Shown piece by piece: positions 49,571 through 59,140 of a stretch of DNA of 64,000 nt. Position numbers and translations under genes: made by a program. The stretch comes from an uncultured virus (IMG/VR IMGVR_UViG_3300008050_000020). Lineage: Duplodnaviria; Heunggongvirae; Uroviricota; Caudoviricetes. The notes beneath the pieces are model-generated. The model did not search any database, was not told the DNA's origin, and saw only the letters and a program-made list of their open reading frames with translations. The stretch lies in IMG/VR virus record IMGVR_UViG_3300008050_000020. The stretch is one strand, 5' to 3'. The first letter of the stretch is position 1; each line of letters begins with the position of its first letter.

Positions 49571-52500
49571 AGATGTCGAAGATATCTCCTATCAGGTAGA
49601 CGGAACTGGCCCCGATGGGCAGTTTCAGTGGGGTACTGATGACCTCGAGAAGGATCTTAAGCGAACACTTGCTGACTTTCTTCATTGTGTGACATCTGAG
49701 TCTCCGACGAATAACAAGTACGAAGTCCCTAGCGGCTATGAAGAGGGAACTTATCGTGAGCCGGATGGCTCTCCCGCAGCAATTCAGACAGGCGGCCCGT
49801 ACCGAGATAACGCTTTCTCGACAGATCCCTCACTAGAGTCTTTTTCAAACCCGTTCCTTGATGCACTATCAGACACTCTTCGTGTTGCTGACTATCTTGA
49901 TAAGGGCGAAGACGGTCATGATCTCCTGAGGGGCATCGACGGAAACGATCTAAACAGAACGGGTCGTTCTATTGCAACTGATGGGAGCACAGATGTTCAG
50001 AAGCAAGTCTCCCAGGTTCTAAGATCCAATCGATGGAATCCAACTGAGGGGAATACGCCCTACGTCACTGGAGATCAGCAGCCTGATCCTCCCAAGCTTG
50101 TTCCCAATGAGAGCTCACTGGGAGCTTTCCGTGATCCCGTCACTGGTGAACTTCTGGCAACCGCAGTGTCGGTTGAGACCATGCGGAAAGTTGCGCTTAG
50201 CCTGATGCTCAAGGCTACTGGTGATGATCCGAACGGCACACAAGATCCCGACAGCGCAAATCCTCTTGCTCCCACATTTGTGCAAATCGGCTCAAGCCGA
50301 ATTGAGCCCACTGAGCTTGAGGCCCGACGCGCTTATGAAGTCAATGAGCTCTCTCGGGTAACACTGGACTCAGACTTTCCACGCAAGAGTGGTGATGACT
50401 ACAAGTCATACGGAAACCTCAACAGCTTTCTTGAGCCTTTTGATGGATTCCTGCCGCTCGGAATGATTGCACTAGCAGCCACAACGACAGTCACCCTGAT
50501 CGTCTCTGCACAGGTCATCTTCAGCATCCTGGCACTCATCACCAGCAATGAGGGCAAGTCTGTTCGAATCGACCCAGGGCCATACATCCCAGGTCAGTAT
50601 GGCAAGCCTGAGCCGAGCGGACTTCTGGGAGCTCTGGTAAGCCCAAGAACTCTCGGCCTTGTACACACTGAGAATCAGTTCTCTGATGCTGCTCTAAGAG
50701 GTGCCAACGTCTTCTTCGGGTTCTCTGGTGACAATCTTGCTGATGCTTCGTCGACTGCGCTTCTCAACATTCTACAAGCTCCTGGCTACTATGCAGTCAC
50801 GACGCGGACAATCTTCAGAAGCCTCAACACGATTTCAAATGCACTGAAGGATGTTGACTTCTCGAATCCCGTGGGTGGTGCTCAGGCTGCTCTGGGAATG
50901 GTTGATGTCATTCGGTCTTCGAAGGTAGTGTCGTTCTTTAACGTCATTGCAGGCCTCGGCGACATTGCGCTTCGCCTCGAGCAGCAGGGTTACACAGTTG
51001 AGCCCGGATCCAAGCAGCTCATCTCTATGGTTGATGATTTGCCGGATAATCCAGCGACACACGTCATGAAGAGTCGTGCAAAGGACGGCCCATCGGGCAT
51101 GTCTTTGGCATGGAGGACGTCATCAACAGCAGCAGCTTATCTTCTCCCAGCTTCTCTGCTTACTGCAGCGGGAGACTTCGGGGCAGGCCAGAAAACGGTA
51201 GCTGGCTTGTTAGGAACCTCACTGGCAGCAGAGTCTTGGGTCGATGGTGCTGGAAAGAGTCGCTCTTCACTCATGGCCGATCGAGACCTTTTGGGCAGCA
51301 ATCGCATCCATCCAGAAGTCGTACAAGAAATTGAAGATGTCTTAGACGGAGAGTATGTTCCGTTTTATTTTCACGATCTCAGAACAAACGAAATTGTTTC
51401 GTTTCACGCGTTCCTGTCAAGCTTGAGTGATGACTTCTCAGTCAATTACGAAAGCACAGAGGCTTATGGTCGAATCGATGCAGTAAAGACTTACAAGAAT
51501 ACTGAGCGTTCGATTAGCCTCTCCTTTCACGTTGCTGCTACTAGTAGAGAAGATTTTGATGTCATGTGGTGGAAGATCAACAAGATGATCACACTTCTCT
51601 ATCCACAGTGGACGCAAGGTCGCCTAATGCAGAACTCGGTTGGATCGTCGTTCATTCAGCCCTTCTCTCAGATTCTTTCTGCTTCGCCGCTTATCCGAAT
51701 GCGAGTCGGCGACGTTATCAAGACGAATTATTCTAAGTTCAATCTTGGACGTCTCTTCGGGTTGGGCACCGAAAGCTTTAAGCCTGATCCAGGGCAAGAG
51801 TCGTCGAACTTTGGTGACGGTATCGGTGTATCAGTGATCGACGAGGCCACACGGACCGTGACAACCATGATGCGAGATCCAGATCTCAATGGAAGCGACT
51901 ACGGCTACGTTGTTGGCGATCGCGTCTTCCTTAAGCCTTCGAACAATGGAAACTACCTCGAAGCAGATCCCGTTGGCAATGTACTCCAAAAAGCTGCGTC
52001 TATTATCACAGGAGGTAGTGCTCGGAAGCGTCTTCGCACCAAGCAGGAATATGAGGTCGAAATCACGGGCCGGCAGGAAAAGACTATTGACCGCAATAAG
52101 ACACCGCTCATGACTGGCCAGAAGACGCTCTACCAAGTTAAGTTCGTCGGGTCAGTCGTTCCACCTGGGTTTGAAGACTCTGAGGTTAAGTGTACGCACA
52201 CCGATATTCGCATCGATCCTGACTGGGTTGTTACAAAGATGGGAATCAATGAATCTCTGGCCAACCATGAAGAAGTCAACAGCATTACCAGCGATTTCCT
52301 TTCTTCTGAAAGCAATCCGATTGTTCGGTCATTTGAGTCTGCCAAGGGCCGAGGCCTTGCAGGTGTTATTACCAGCATGAACTTCGATTGGTATGAGCCC
52401 ACTTGGGAAACTGATCCGGGTGCTCGAGCACCCCAGTGGTGCAAGATTGAAATGAACTTCTCGCCTATTCACGATATTCCGCCTGGCTTGGATGCTGACG

Positions 52501-52646
52501 GATTTAATCGTGCGCCTGTCTACCCAGTGGGACTAGTTGGTGAGATGGTGGGTGATGTTCATGGGTCAGATCCAGCAGCTCTGAAGGACAAAATTCGAGA
52601 GTTGATTTCGCATGTTGATGCATTTCTCTCTGAGAATGGTGCGTGA
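49560..52646 (+). CDS. Large baseplate/tail-tube-initiator-like protein (gp48/gp54-like C-terminal region)
   Basis: FHAFLSSLSDDFSVNY...YGRIDAVKTYKNTERSISLSF...LYPQW...SPLIRMRVGD and GVITSMNFDW...WE...APQWCKIEMNFSPIHD give a tube-initiator-type pattern. Confidence 0.65.
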   Translation: MSREDVEDISYQVDGTGPDGQFQWGTDDLEKDLKRTLADFLHCVTSESPTNNKYEVPSGYEEGTYREPDGSPAAIQTGGPYRDNAFSTDPSLESFSNPFLDALSDTLRVADYLDKGEDGHDLLRGIDGNDLNRTGRSIATDGSTDVQKQVSQVLRSNRWNPTEGNTPYVTGDQQPDPPKLVPNESSLGAFRDPVTGELLATAVSVETMRKVALSLMLKATGDDPNGTQDPDSANPLAPTFVQIGSSRIEPTELEARRAYEVNELSRVTLDSDFPRKSGDDYKSYGNLNSFLEPFDGFLPLGMIALAATTTVTLIVSAQVIFSILALITSNEGKSVRIDPGPYIPGQYGKPEPSGLLGALVSPRTLGLVHTENQFSDAALRGANVFFGFSGDNLADASSTALLNILQAPGYYAVTTRTIFRSLNTISNALKDVDFSNPVGGAQAALGMVDVIRSSKVVSFFNVIAGLGDIALRLEQQGYTVEPGSKQLISMVDDLPDNPATHVMKSRAKDGPSGMSLAWRTSSTAAAYLLPASLLTAAGDFGAGQKTVAGLLGTSLAAESWVDGAGKSRSSLMADRDLLGSNRIHPEVVQEIEDVLDGEYVPFYFHDLRTNEIVSFHAFLSSLSDDFSVNYESTEAYGRIDAVKTYKNTERSISLSFHVAATSREDFDVMWWKINKMITLLYPQWTQGRLMQNSVGSSFIQPFSQILSASPLIRMRVGDVIKTNYSKFNLGRLFGLGTESFKPDPGQESSNFGDGIGVSVIDEATRTVTTMMRDPDLNGSDYGYVVGDRVFLKPSNNGNYLEADPVGNVLQKAASIITGGSARKRLRTKQEYEVEITGRQEKTIDRNKTPLMTGQKTLYQVKFVGSVVPPGFEDSEVKCTHTDIRIDPDWVVTKMGINESLANHEEVNSITSDFLSSESNPIVRSFESAKGRGLAGVITSMNFDWYEPTWETDPGARAPQWCKIEMNFSPIHDIPPGLDADGFNRAPVYPVGLVGEMVGDVHGSDPAALKDKIRELISHVDAFLSENGA

Positions 52647-52649
52647 CGT

Positions 52650-52946
52650 ATGGCAATGAGACGATACACACGCTCGCCGGTCCTTAGGGGAGGGGCACAA
52701 TATGGAACATCACAGGCTGCTCGTTTAATTCGAACAGCGATTGAGAATGGTGAGATCAAAGTTGACATTGTAGTGACGTCTCGCGGTGACCGCCTGGATT
52801 CACTTGCAGGTCGTCAATATGGGGATTCCCGACTCTGGTGGATCATTGCGGCAGCTTCTGGTGTAGGATGGGGCCTCCAGGTTCCTCCCGGTACCCGTCT
52901 TTTGGTGCCTCGGGATTTGTCTGAGGTTTCTGAGGTCGCCGGCTGA
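52650..52946 (+). CDS. LysM-like baseplate wedge protein (gp53/tail protein X-like)
   Basis: GDRLDSLAGRQYGDSRLWWIIAAAS...VPPGTRLLVP. Confidence 0.85.
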   Translation: MAMRRYTRSPVLRGGAQYGTSQAARLIRTAIENGEIKVDIVVTSRGDRLDSLAGRQYGDSRLWWIIAAASGVGWGLQVPPGTRLLVPRDLSEVSEVAG

Positions 52947-55666
52947 TGTCAAATTCAGATCTTGCAGCAGCGGTAACTGAGCTCAAAGAAGTCCTTGCAG
53001 TCTCAGGCCGAGACGATTTACTTAGACAGTCCATTGTCTCAACAGCAGAGAATGTCTCCGAAAGATCGATGTTGTTAAAGCTTGTCCTTGACATTGTTGA
53101 TGGCGGAACTTCTACAAAGGACATCATTAAGAATCTTCGTGAGTTTGAGAAGGCCGCGCCAGACATTGATATCTCGTCGCTTGTCTCCATCATTTACGCT
53201 ACTGACGATGGAGATTTTGCTGCGGGTTCTATCAATGAGATTTCGGGTGAGCAAACTAACAATGCGACTGATGCACCATCAAAGGCAAGCCCCCAAATCT
53301 CTCTCATTCAAGTACACCCGGTAAACATTACGCCAGGTAGTCGCCAGGCAGATGCTGCAGCCATCTTGATGAACAGCATTCCGTCGTATGAGTGGTCCCG
53401 CGCTATTCCCTATCTCAATGTTACTCTGCTGCTCGGCCGTCCCGCCGTCGATGATAGAGGTAAAGTCACTGCTATGTCGCTGGGACGATTCTTAGTTGGC
53501 GGGACAACAGTAGAGGGCACTGAGCGAAAAATTATTGAATCAGCTGAGATCGGCGACGAGACAACATCCCAACGTTCAACTGCCGGAATGGAGCTCTTTA
53601 CGTCTCCTCAAACTTTGGTGAATGCAAATGAGGGTCGTGGCGAGGGTGGCGAATCTGCTCGATATGCTCCAGTTCTAGACATTTTTCGTCCGTTTATGTC
53701 TCTCAAGAAGCTTGAGCTTAGCATTGCTAACATGGGTGCAGGTCTGATTCCTTACAAGCATGGAAAGCTTAATCTCACTCTCCATGACCGTTCGCGCCTT
53801 GGAGAGATTGCAGATTTGGTCCGGCCGGATCTTTACTCTTCAACGGAGATGCTCATTGAATACGGGTGGAGTCATCCGGATGGCGGCCCAGCTTCTACAA
53901 ATGCTTTTGGAAAGTTGATCAATGCTTCTCGAATCAAGGAGAAGTATGGCATCAAGAACTCGTCTTTTTCTTTCGAAGAGGGCGGACAGGTCGAAATCAC
54001 GCTAGAGTTGGTGACTAAGGGGATCACCGACATAGCCACCTCCAAGATTGCTGAGACTCGGGAGGTCATGACAGCCATTCAAGAAGTGGAAAGACTGACG
54101 GAAGTCATTGCCACGATTCGATCAAGGGTGATCAACAGCCCTCTCCAAAAGGAGATTGCGCCCACGCAGATTTTGGATTCAACGTCTGACCTCAGTCGTG
54201 TTATGTCGCTTTCCAAGCCGGTCAAGGCTGCCATCGACAAGTTTCTGCATCCAACGGGTGAGACTAGCGAAGACACCCAAGAGCTCATTGCTGCGCTTGA
54301 AGACCTTCTAGGGACCTCGGGTGACGGTACTGATGGTGCAGTGGGTGACCTCGAGAATGCTCTGCAGAAATCCCTAAAGCAGAAGAGTGAGTCTTTGTCA
54401 AACGGTGAAGATCCAATGCTTGTGACTGGGCTCCCTACAGAAATTCAGTCGAACTATACTTCTGCTTCGCATGTCTCACTGGGTAAGCTTCTTCTTCGTT
54501 TCATGGCTGAGCCACTTACATCGACGGGGCGCTTCGATGAGGTCCAGCTTATCACCTACTCGTTCAATACGGGTGCAGGCAAAATGAGAAATGCCAACAT
54601 CGGCTCTCTCCCAATTCAGACATCTAGTTTCAAGACTGAGTTTGAAGCGTATACAGCTAGTCGTAATAAGTTCAATCTGACTATTCGAGAGTTTATGGAG
54701 TACATCACCAACAGCTTTGTTGATGACATTACGAATCCAGCTTACGGTGTAACAGACACCGAAGAGTACTCCGTTGACTTCGCAAACGGTGAACGAGTCA
54801 GCATCTCGCCACTTGAAGACTCAGAGGCAACAGCGCTTCATACTGAAATCGAAAAAAAAATGAAGAGCTTGGGAATTCCTGATGGCGAATTCGTTCCTCC
54901 CAAGATCTCGTTCCACTTCGAGACAGTCCCAAGAGCATCTGCAAGCGAGATCGACCCGGGTGATCCTGGATATTCACTCCTTCGAATTCATGTTTTTGAC
55001 GAAGCAGCAACACCCTACGACATGTATCTTCGTTTGATGAATGCAATGAAGGATCGTCACTTAGGCACTATCGGCGTCGATACCAGCACAGAAGAGAGCA
55101 ATGCAAAGCATCGAGAACTTGCTGAGAAAGTTCTGAAGGCAGCATTCGATGCGGGTCTCGTCGAGTACGTGAACGAGCAGAAGGGCGTCTACAAGATGAG
55201 CGATGACGTCACACCAGCACGCATCAAGCGGTTTGTGGCTGCTCGAGTTCCCTCCATTCGCTACGGCACGTCAGCATCTGGAATCAAGAACGCCTCAATG
55301 CGTTCAATTCAGGATTCACTGCTGAGCACAGACCACATGCAGAGAATGGGGCTTGGTGATCCGTCTGCTGCACCCGGTGTCGATGGTGACATTGTCCCTC
55401 TCCGAATGCTTCCTACAGAGCTTGAGATGGAGACTATCGGGAATCCACACTTTACGTACGGTCAGCAGTTCTTTATCGACATGGATAGTGGTACAACTGT
55501 TGACAACGTCTACCTCATCACGGGCGCAACATACTCCCTTGAGCAAGGCAAGTTCGACACAAGTGTCAAGCTTATCAACATGCAGGCGTTCGGTACATTC
55601 AGATCAGCAGTATCGTCTATTCAGGCCGCCGTGGATTATTTGAACGCCGAGCAGAAAGGAATCTGA
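52946..55666 (+). CDS. Putative baseplate hub protein (gp27/late control D-like)
   Basis: Follows the LysM protein. MLIEYGWSHP and C-terminal METIGNP..TYGQQFFID...DNVYLITGATYSLEQGKFDTSVKL are hub-type features. Confidence 0.6.
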   Translation: MSNSDLAAAVTELKEVLAVSGRDDLLRQSIVSTAENVSERSMLLKLVLDIVDGGTSTKDIIKNLREFEKAAPDIDISSLVSIIYATDDGDFAAGSINEISGEQTNNATDAPSKASPQISLIQVHPVNITPGSRQADAAAILMNSIPSYEWSRAIPYLNVTLLLGRPAVDDRGKVTAMSLGRFLVGGTTVEGTERKIIESAEIGDETTSQRSTAGMELFTSPQTLVNANEGRGEGGESARYAPVLDIFRPFMSLKKLELSIANMGAGLIPYKHGKLNLTLHDRSRLGEIADLVRPDLYSSTEMLIEYGWSHPDGGPASTNAFGKLINASRIKEKYGIKNSSFSFEEGGQVEITLELVTKGITDIATSKIAETREVMTAIQEVERLTEVIATIRSRVINSPLQKEIAPTQILDSTSDLSRVMSLSKPVKAAIDKFLHPTGETSEDTQELIAALEDLLGTSGDGTDGAVGDLENALQKSLKQKSESLSNGEDPMLVTGLPTEIQSNYTSASHVSLGKLLLRFMAEPLTSTGRFDEVQLITYSFNTGAGKMRNANIGSLPIQTSSFKTEFEAYTASRNKFNLTIREFMEYITNSFVDDITNPAYGVTDTEEYSVDFANGERVSISPLEDSEATALHTEIEKKMKSLGIPDGEFVPPKISFHFETVPRASASEIDPGDPGYSLLRIHVFDEAATPYDMYLRLMNAMKDRHLGTIGVDTSTEESNAKHRELAEKVLKAAFDAGLVEYVNEQKGVYKMSDDVTPARIKRFVAARVPSIRYGTSASGIKNASMRSIQDSLLSTDHMQRMGLGDPSAAPGVDGDIVPLRMLPTELEMETIGNPHFTYGQQFFIDMDSGTTVDNVYLITGATYSLEQGKFDTSVKLINMQAFGTFRSAVSSIQAAVDYLNAEQKGI

Positions 55667-55697
55667 ACACTGACTCTGCCCTGATGTAGGGTGCGGT

Positions 55698-56891
55698 GTG
55701 AAAATCTGTCTGGCTAAGACTACTCTTGGGACTCCTGGACATCTTGTCTGGGAAGAGGGTAGTGGATATACGTGGGTCCGGAAGATTCCCGTTGGTGCAT
55801 GGGTGTTTGGTTCGCCAGGCTGTTGTCTTGACTTGTCGGAGCTTGCTCATGCACAGGGAGGATCACACACCTGGGAACCTCCCAAGGCTCACCACCGATC
55901 GCTAACAGAGCTGCTGGGCGAAGACGGTGATCACCTGCGCGTGCGATGGGATCTTATACTGCCTCCTGCGCTGTACAAGAAGCAGCTGCGAGACCTATTC
56001 CAGAGGTCCCAGGAGCTCCTTAAGAACTCGGATGAGTGGAAATACCAGGAGACTTTTGAAAGGACTCAGAAGGCGCTGTGCGACCTTGCACCAGTAACGG
56101 TAGATAGAACAGCATTGGGTGTCCACCTTCGAACGTGCCCTCAGGGTCGGAAGGACGAGCTCCAGTCGTTTCAGGGTGACAAGCAAGCTCGATACTCGCG
56201 AACAACATCGACCGGTCGACTTACAGTTGCCAGTGGACCTAAGCTTCTCACTCTCGATAAGCGATTCCGGAACATTTTGAAGTCGCGTCATGGTGATCAA
56301 GGCTCAATCATTCAGCTGGACTATGTCTCTCTTGAGCCTCGGACTTTGCTTGCATTGACTGGTCAGGATGCACCTGATGACGTTTATAGCATTCTTCAGA
56401 GTCGAACGGGAAAAATGTCTCGTGACAAGCTGAAGCGGGCTACTATGCTGGTTCTCTACGGCGGCGGCATCGCAAGCCTGAGAAAGATCCTGGACCCCGC
56501 TGATGATCCCGTGAAGGTGATGGACGGAATTCGTGCTGCTTTCAAGCTTCGGTACTTGGGAGACGCACTCACCGCAGAGAATGAAGTTAGCGGGATGCTT
56601 ACCAATTTCTACGGACGCGTTATGCATCCCAAGAGATCACAGCCAGGCTACCTCGTTGCGATGTACACACAGTCAACCGCAGTAGACGTTGCACTGCAGG
56701 GATTCGGACAAATCCGAGAAGAAATTCAGGACATCGACGGAATCGACGCTATCGGCATTGTGCATGATGCTTTGTGGTTAGATGTACATCACAGCTGCGC
56801 AGAGTACACTAAAAGGTTACGTGAAGTCGGCTCTAAGATCCCCGGCTTCGATATTCACTTTCCCCTGGACGAACAACATGTCAGCAGCTGA
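55698..56891 (+). CDS. Minimal family A DNA polymerase-like protein (polymerase domain only)
   Basis: TSTGRL, motif A LDYVSLEPR, motif B RDKLKRATMLVLYG, NFYGR, QSTAVD, motif C IVHDAL. No exonuclease domains. Confidence 0.8.
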   Translation: MKICLAKTTLGTPGHLVWEEGSGYTWVRKIPVGAWVFGSPGCCLDLSELAHAQGGSHTWEPPKAHHRSLTELLGEDGDHLRVRWDLILPPALYKKQLRDLFQRSQELLKNSDEWKYQETFERTQKALCDLAPVTVDRTALGVHLRTCPQGRKDELQSFQGDKQARYSRTTSTGRLTVASGPKLLTLDKRFRNILKSRHGDQGSIIQLDYVSLEPRTLLALTGQDAPDDVYSILQSRTGKMSRDKLKRATMLVLYGGGIASLRKILDPADDPVKVMDGIRAAFKLRYLGDALTAENEVSGMLTNFYGRVMHPKRSQPGYLVAMYTQSTAVDVALQGFGQIREEIQDIDGIDAIGIVHDALWLDVHHSCAEYTKRLREVGSKIPGFDIHFPLDEQHVSS

Positions 56892-57468
56892 TCGCATTGA
56901 AAAGAACTTTCTTACCTTCCAGAAGTTATGTCGTGCCCTGGGTAACCGTCGACCGGAAGCAGAGCTCCTTGTTGATGAGATGGCAAATGAAATCGCCATG
57001 TGCCCTGCCTCGTCGAGGAAGTCTTTTCATGACTGTTATCCGGGTGGGCTAGTTGAGTATTCGCTTCGAGTCTTGCGCAATGCTAAGCAACTGAACACGC
57101 AGTACGACTTCTCTTGCAGCGAAGAGTCGATGATTCTCGTTTGTCTTTTCCACGCAATTGGCAAGGCAGGTGATCTCGACGGTCCGTTCTATGTCCCGCA
57201 GGAATCAGAGTGGCATCGTGAGAAGCTGGGCCAGATGTTCAAAACATCTGATGAAATCGTTCCGATGTCCTGGAACGACCGCTCGCTTTTTCTTCTGCAG
57301 CACTTCGACGTTGAAATTCAGCAGGATGAGTGGATTGCTATCCGTATGTGCGACGGCGTTTATCGACAGAGCACCAGCAGCTACTACGGCGGACATGAAG
57401 AGCCGGGGCTAGCAACACTCCTGGAGATGGCAGTGAAGCTCGCAGTCATGCAAGGAAAGGGGCTCTGA
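56878..57468 (+). CDS. HD-domain-like protein with substituted metal ligands
   Basis: CPASSRKSFHDCYPGGLVEYSLRV...LFHAIGKAGD...EWIAIRMCDG follows the phage HD-hydrolase layout, but Y/A/C replace H/D/H. Confidence 0.7.
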   Translation: MSAADRIEKNFLTFQKLCRALGNRRPEAELLVDEMANEIAMCPASSRKSFHDCYPGGLVEYSLRVLRNAKQLNTQYDFSCSEESMILVCLFHAIGKAGDLDGPFYVPQESEWHREKLGQMFKTSDEIVPMSWNDRSLFLLQHFDVEIQQDEWIAIRMCDGVYRQSTSSYYGGHEEPGLATLLEMAVKLAVMQGKGL

Positions 57469-57493
57469 CTGACGCGGGTCGATACTTACTAGG

Positions 57494-58036
57494 GTGCCTT
57501 TCGCAGATTCCAATCGTGGTAGTCGTAGAGCGGGACAAGGTGGTGGCGGAGGCCCGGTCGACAAGAAGTTCGGCGTCTCTACACAGCCTTGGCCGACACG
57601 GCAGAGTGGTGGACAGAGTTCAGCTGCTGACACAACTGCTTCGCAGCGAATGTCAGTGGGCTTCTCAGATGCCGAAACTTACACTCCAGGCGACGAGAAC
57701 GTTCTTCACCCGCGCCCGTCCGATCACGAAGGCGAAGCCGGTTGCGACAGCGACGGCAACTGCGTCAGGCCCTACGGAGACAACATGTTCGGTGAGAATC
57801 TTCTGAGAACGTTCATTCGAGAAGCTCTGGCATTCGGCGCAGCTCCCTCAGATCTAGATGAGGTTGACCTGGTCGACGAAGACGAAGACGAACAGTATCC
57901 GGACAAGAATGAATTCTCGGCTGTCGGCGGCGGAGCAGGCGGAGCGTTTCAGGTCCGTGGATATACGCTCCCGATGGGTGGCAAATCCGCCCGCCCGAAG
58001 ACCAAGAAGAAGGGTAAGAAAACCACCCACGGGTGA
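57494..58036 (+). CDS. Hypothetical late protein
   Basis: GTG 5 nt after GATACTTA (57481). Internal ENLLRTFIREAL...LDE and GYTLPMG. Basic tail. Confidence 0.6.
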   Translation: MPFADSNRGSRRAGQGGGGGPVDKKFGVSTQPWPTRQSGGQSSAADTTASQRMSVGFSDAETYTPGDENVLHPRPSDHEGEAGCDSDGNCVRPYGDNMFGENLLRTFIREALAFGAAPSDLDEVDLVDEDEDEQYPDKNEFSAVGGGAGGAFQVRGYTLPMGGKSARPKTKKKGKKTTHG

Positions 58037-58077
58037 TTACTCGCTGCTTTCCGCGCGGTATTGTAAGGATACAATCG

Positions 58078-58221
58078 GAGGCAAACAAGACAAGACGACA
58101 ACAAGCAAAGAACTCAAAAAGAACTTGAACAAGTAAGCAAACCAACCGTAAAATCAACAAGCTCAACCAAGCAAATAACAGCCAACAGCAAAACAGCTAA
58201 TAGGCAACAGGATAGAAATAC
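58078..58221 (+). promoter_or_regulatory. A/C-rich unstructured leader of the SSB gene (candidate autogenous operator)
   Basis: About 140 nt dominated by AAC/CAA/AAGC words and poor in G and T, unlike the rest of the window. Confidence 0.55.
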
Positions 58222-59052
58222 ATGGGACTCGATCTCGACGCAATTCGTAAGAAGCTCGCCGGCCTTTCCGGCGGCAACCGCCCCAAGAAGATCAAGTTTG
58301 AGGACGGCAAGCAGCGCGTGTTGCGCATCGTTGCCTTCCCTGACAACGACGGACAGCCCTTCAAGGAGCGCTACGTCTACAGTATCGGCAAGGAGTGGAA
58401 TCTCCTCGCCCCCTTCCAGTTCGGTAAGGATGACCCGATCAAGGCTCTCACCGACAAGCTTCGCTCTCGTGAAGGCAAGTCAGAGTCGCAGGCTTCTGAG
58501 GACTGGAATCTCGCCAAGCAGCTCCTGGCGAAGATGAAGCATCACGCTATCGTCATTGATCGTGATGACGAAGCCGCCGGTCCGATTCTCTGGCCGTTTA
58601 GCCAGTCGGTTGCCAAGCGCCTCTACGAGATTATGCTCGATGAGGATTACGGTGACATCACTGACCTTGAGCAGGGCTTCGACCTGAAGGTCAAGCGAGT
58701 CAAGGAAGACAACGGATTCCGCGCTTACAAGATTGACCCGCGCCCGAAGCAGACTCCGCTGTCCAAGGACGGTGACCAGGCCGCCAAGTGGCTGGACAAT
58801 CTCCCGACTGACATCGACGGTCTCTACAAGGAGAAGTCCTCTGATGAGCTTGATGCCATCCTCACCAAGTACCTGAATGGCGACGAAGAGGCTGACGGCG
58901 CGAGCGGTAGCACTGGCACTGAGCGCGGAGGCTCTTCCAAGAGCTCTTCGTCTAGCGCAGAGACTGCTGCTGCTGGGGACGACTCCGTATCTGGACAGAC
59001 CTTCGAGGATCTGGACAGCGCGTTTGACGACCTTATGACTGAAGACGCCTGA
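58222..59052 (+). CDS. Single-stranded DNA-binding protein (gp32-like)
   Basis: MGLDLDAIRKKL, LRIVAF...PFKER, DPI, IDRDDE..GP.LW.F, DYGDITDLEQGFDL, acidic tail DLDSAFDDLM. Upstream of recA. Confidence 0.85.
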   Translation: MGLDLDAIRKKLAGLSGGNRPKKIKFEDGKQRVLRIVAFPDNDGQPFKERYVYSIGKEWNLLAPFQFGKDDPIKALTDKLRSREGKSESQASEDWNLAKQLLAKMKHHAIVIDRDDEAAGPILWPFSQSVAKRLYEIMLDEDYGDITDLEQGFDLKVKRVKEDNGFRAYKIDPRPKQTPLSKDGDQAAKWLDNLPTDIDGLYKEKSSDELDAILTKYLNGDEEADGASGSTGTERGGSSKSSSSSAETAAAGDDSVSGQTFEDLDSAFDDLMTEDA

Positions 59053-59117
59053 AAAGGCGTCTCGTCAATCAATCGACGGGGGCGAAAGCCCCCGTCACTG
59101 TTCGCCACCATGAGGTG
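59043..59117 (+). other. Cluster of hairpins between ssb and recA
   Basis: AGACGCCT-GAAA-AGGCGTCT (59043-59062), GACGGGGGC-GAAA-GCCCCCGTC (59075-59096), CCACC-ATGA-GGTGG (59104-59117). Confidence 0.75.
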
Positions 59118-59140
59118 GAGTACCACAGGAGTGTAGCCAG

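Noticed and set aside
55698..57468. PolA + HD pair as a 2-aminoadenine (DpoZ/DatZ) system
   Set aside because: No purZ is present in the window, the HD ligands are substituted, and the PolA lacks an exonuclease domain.
58078..58221. Possible CRISPR array or tandem repeat
   Set aside because: There is no fixed-length repeat or spacer periodicity, only low-complexity A/C-rich words.
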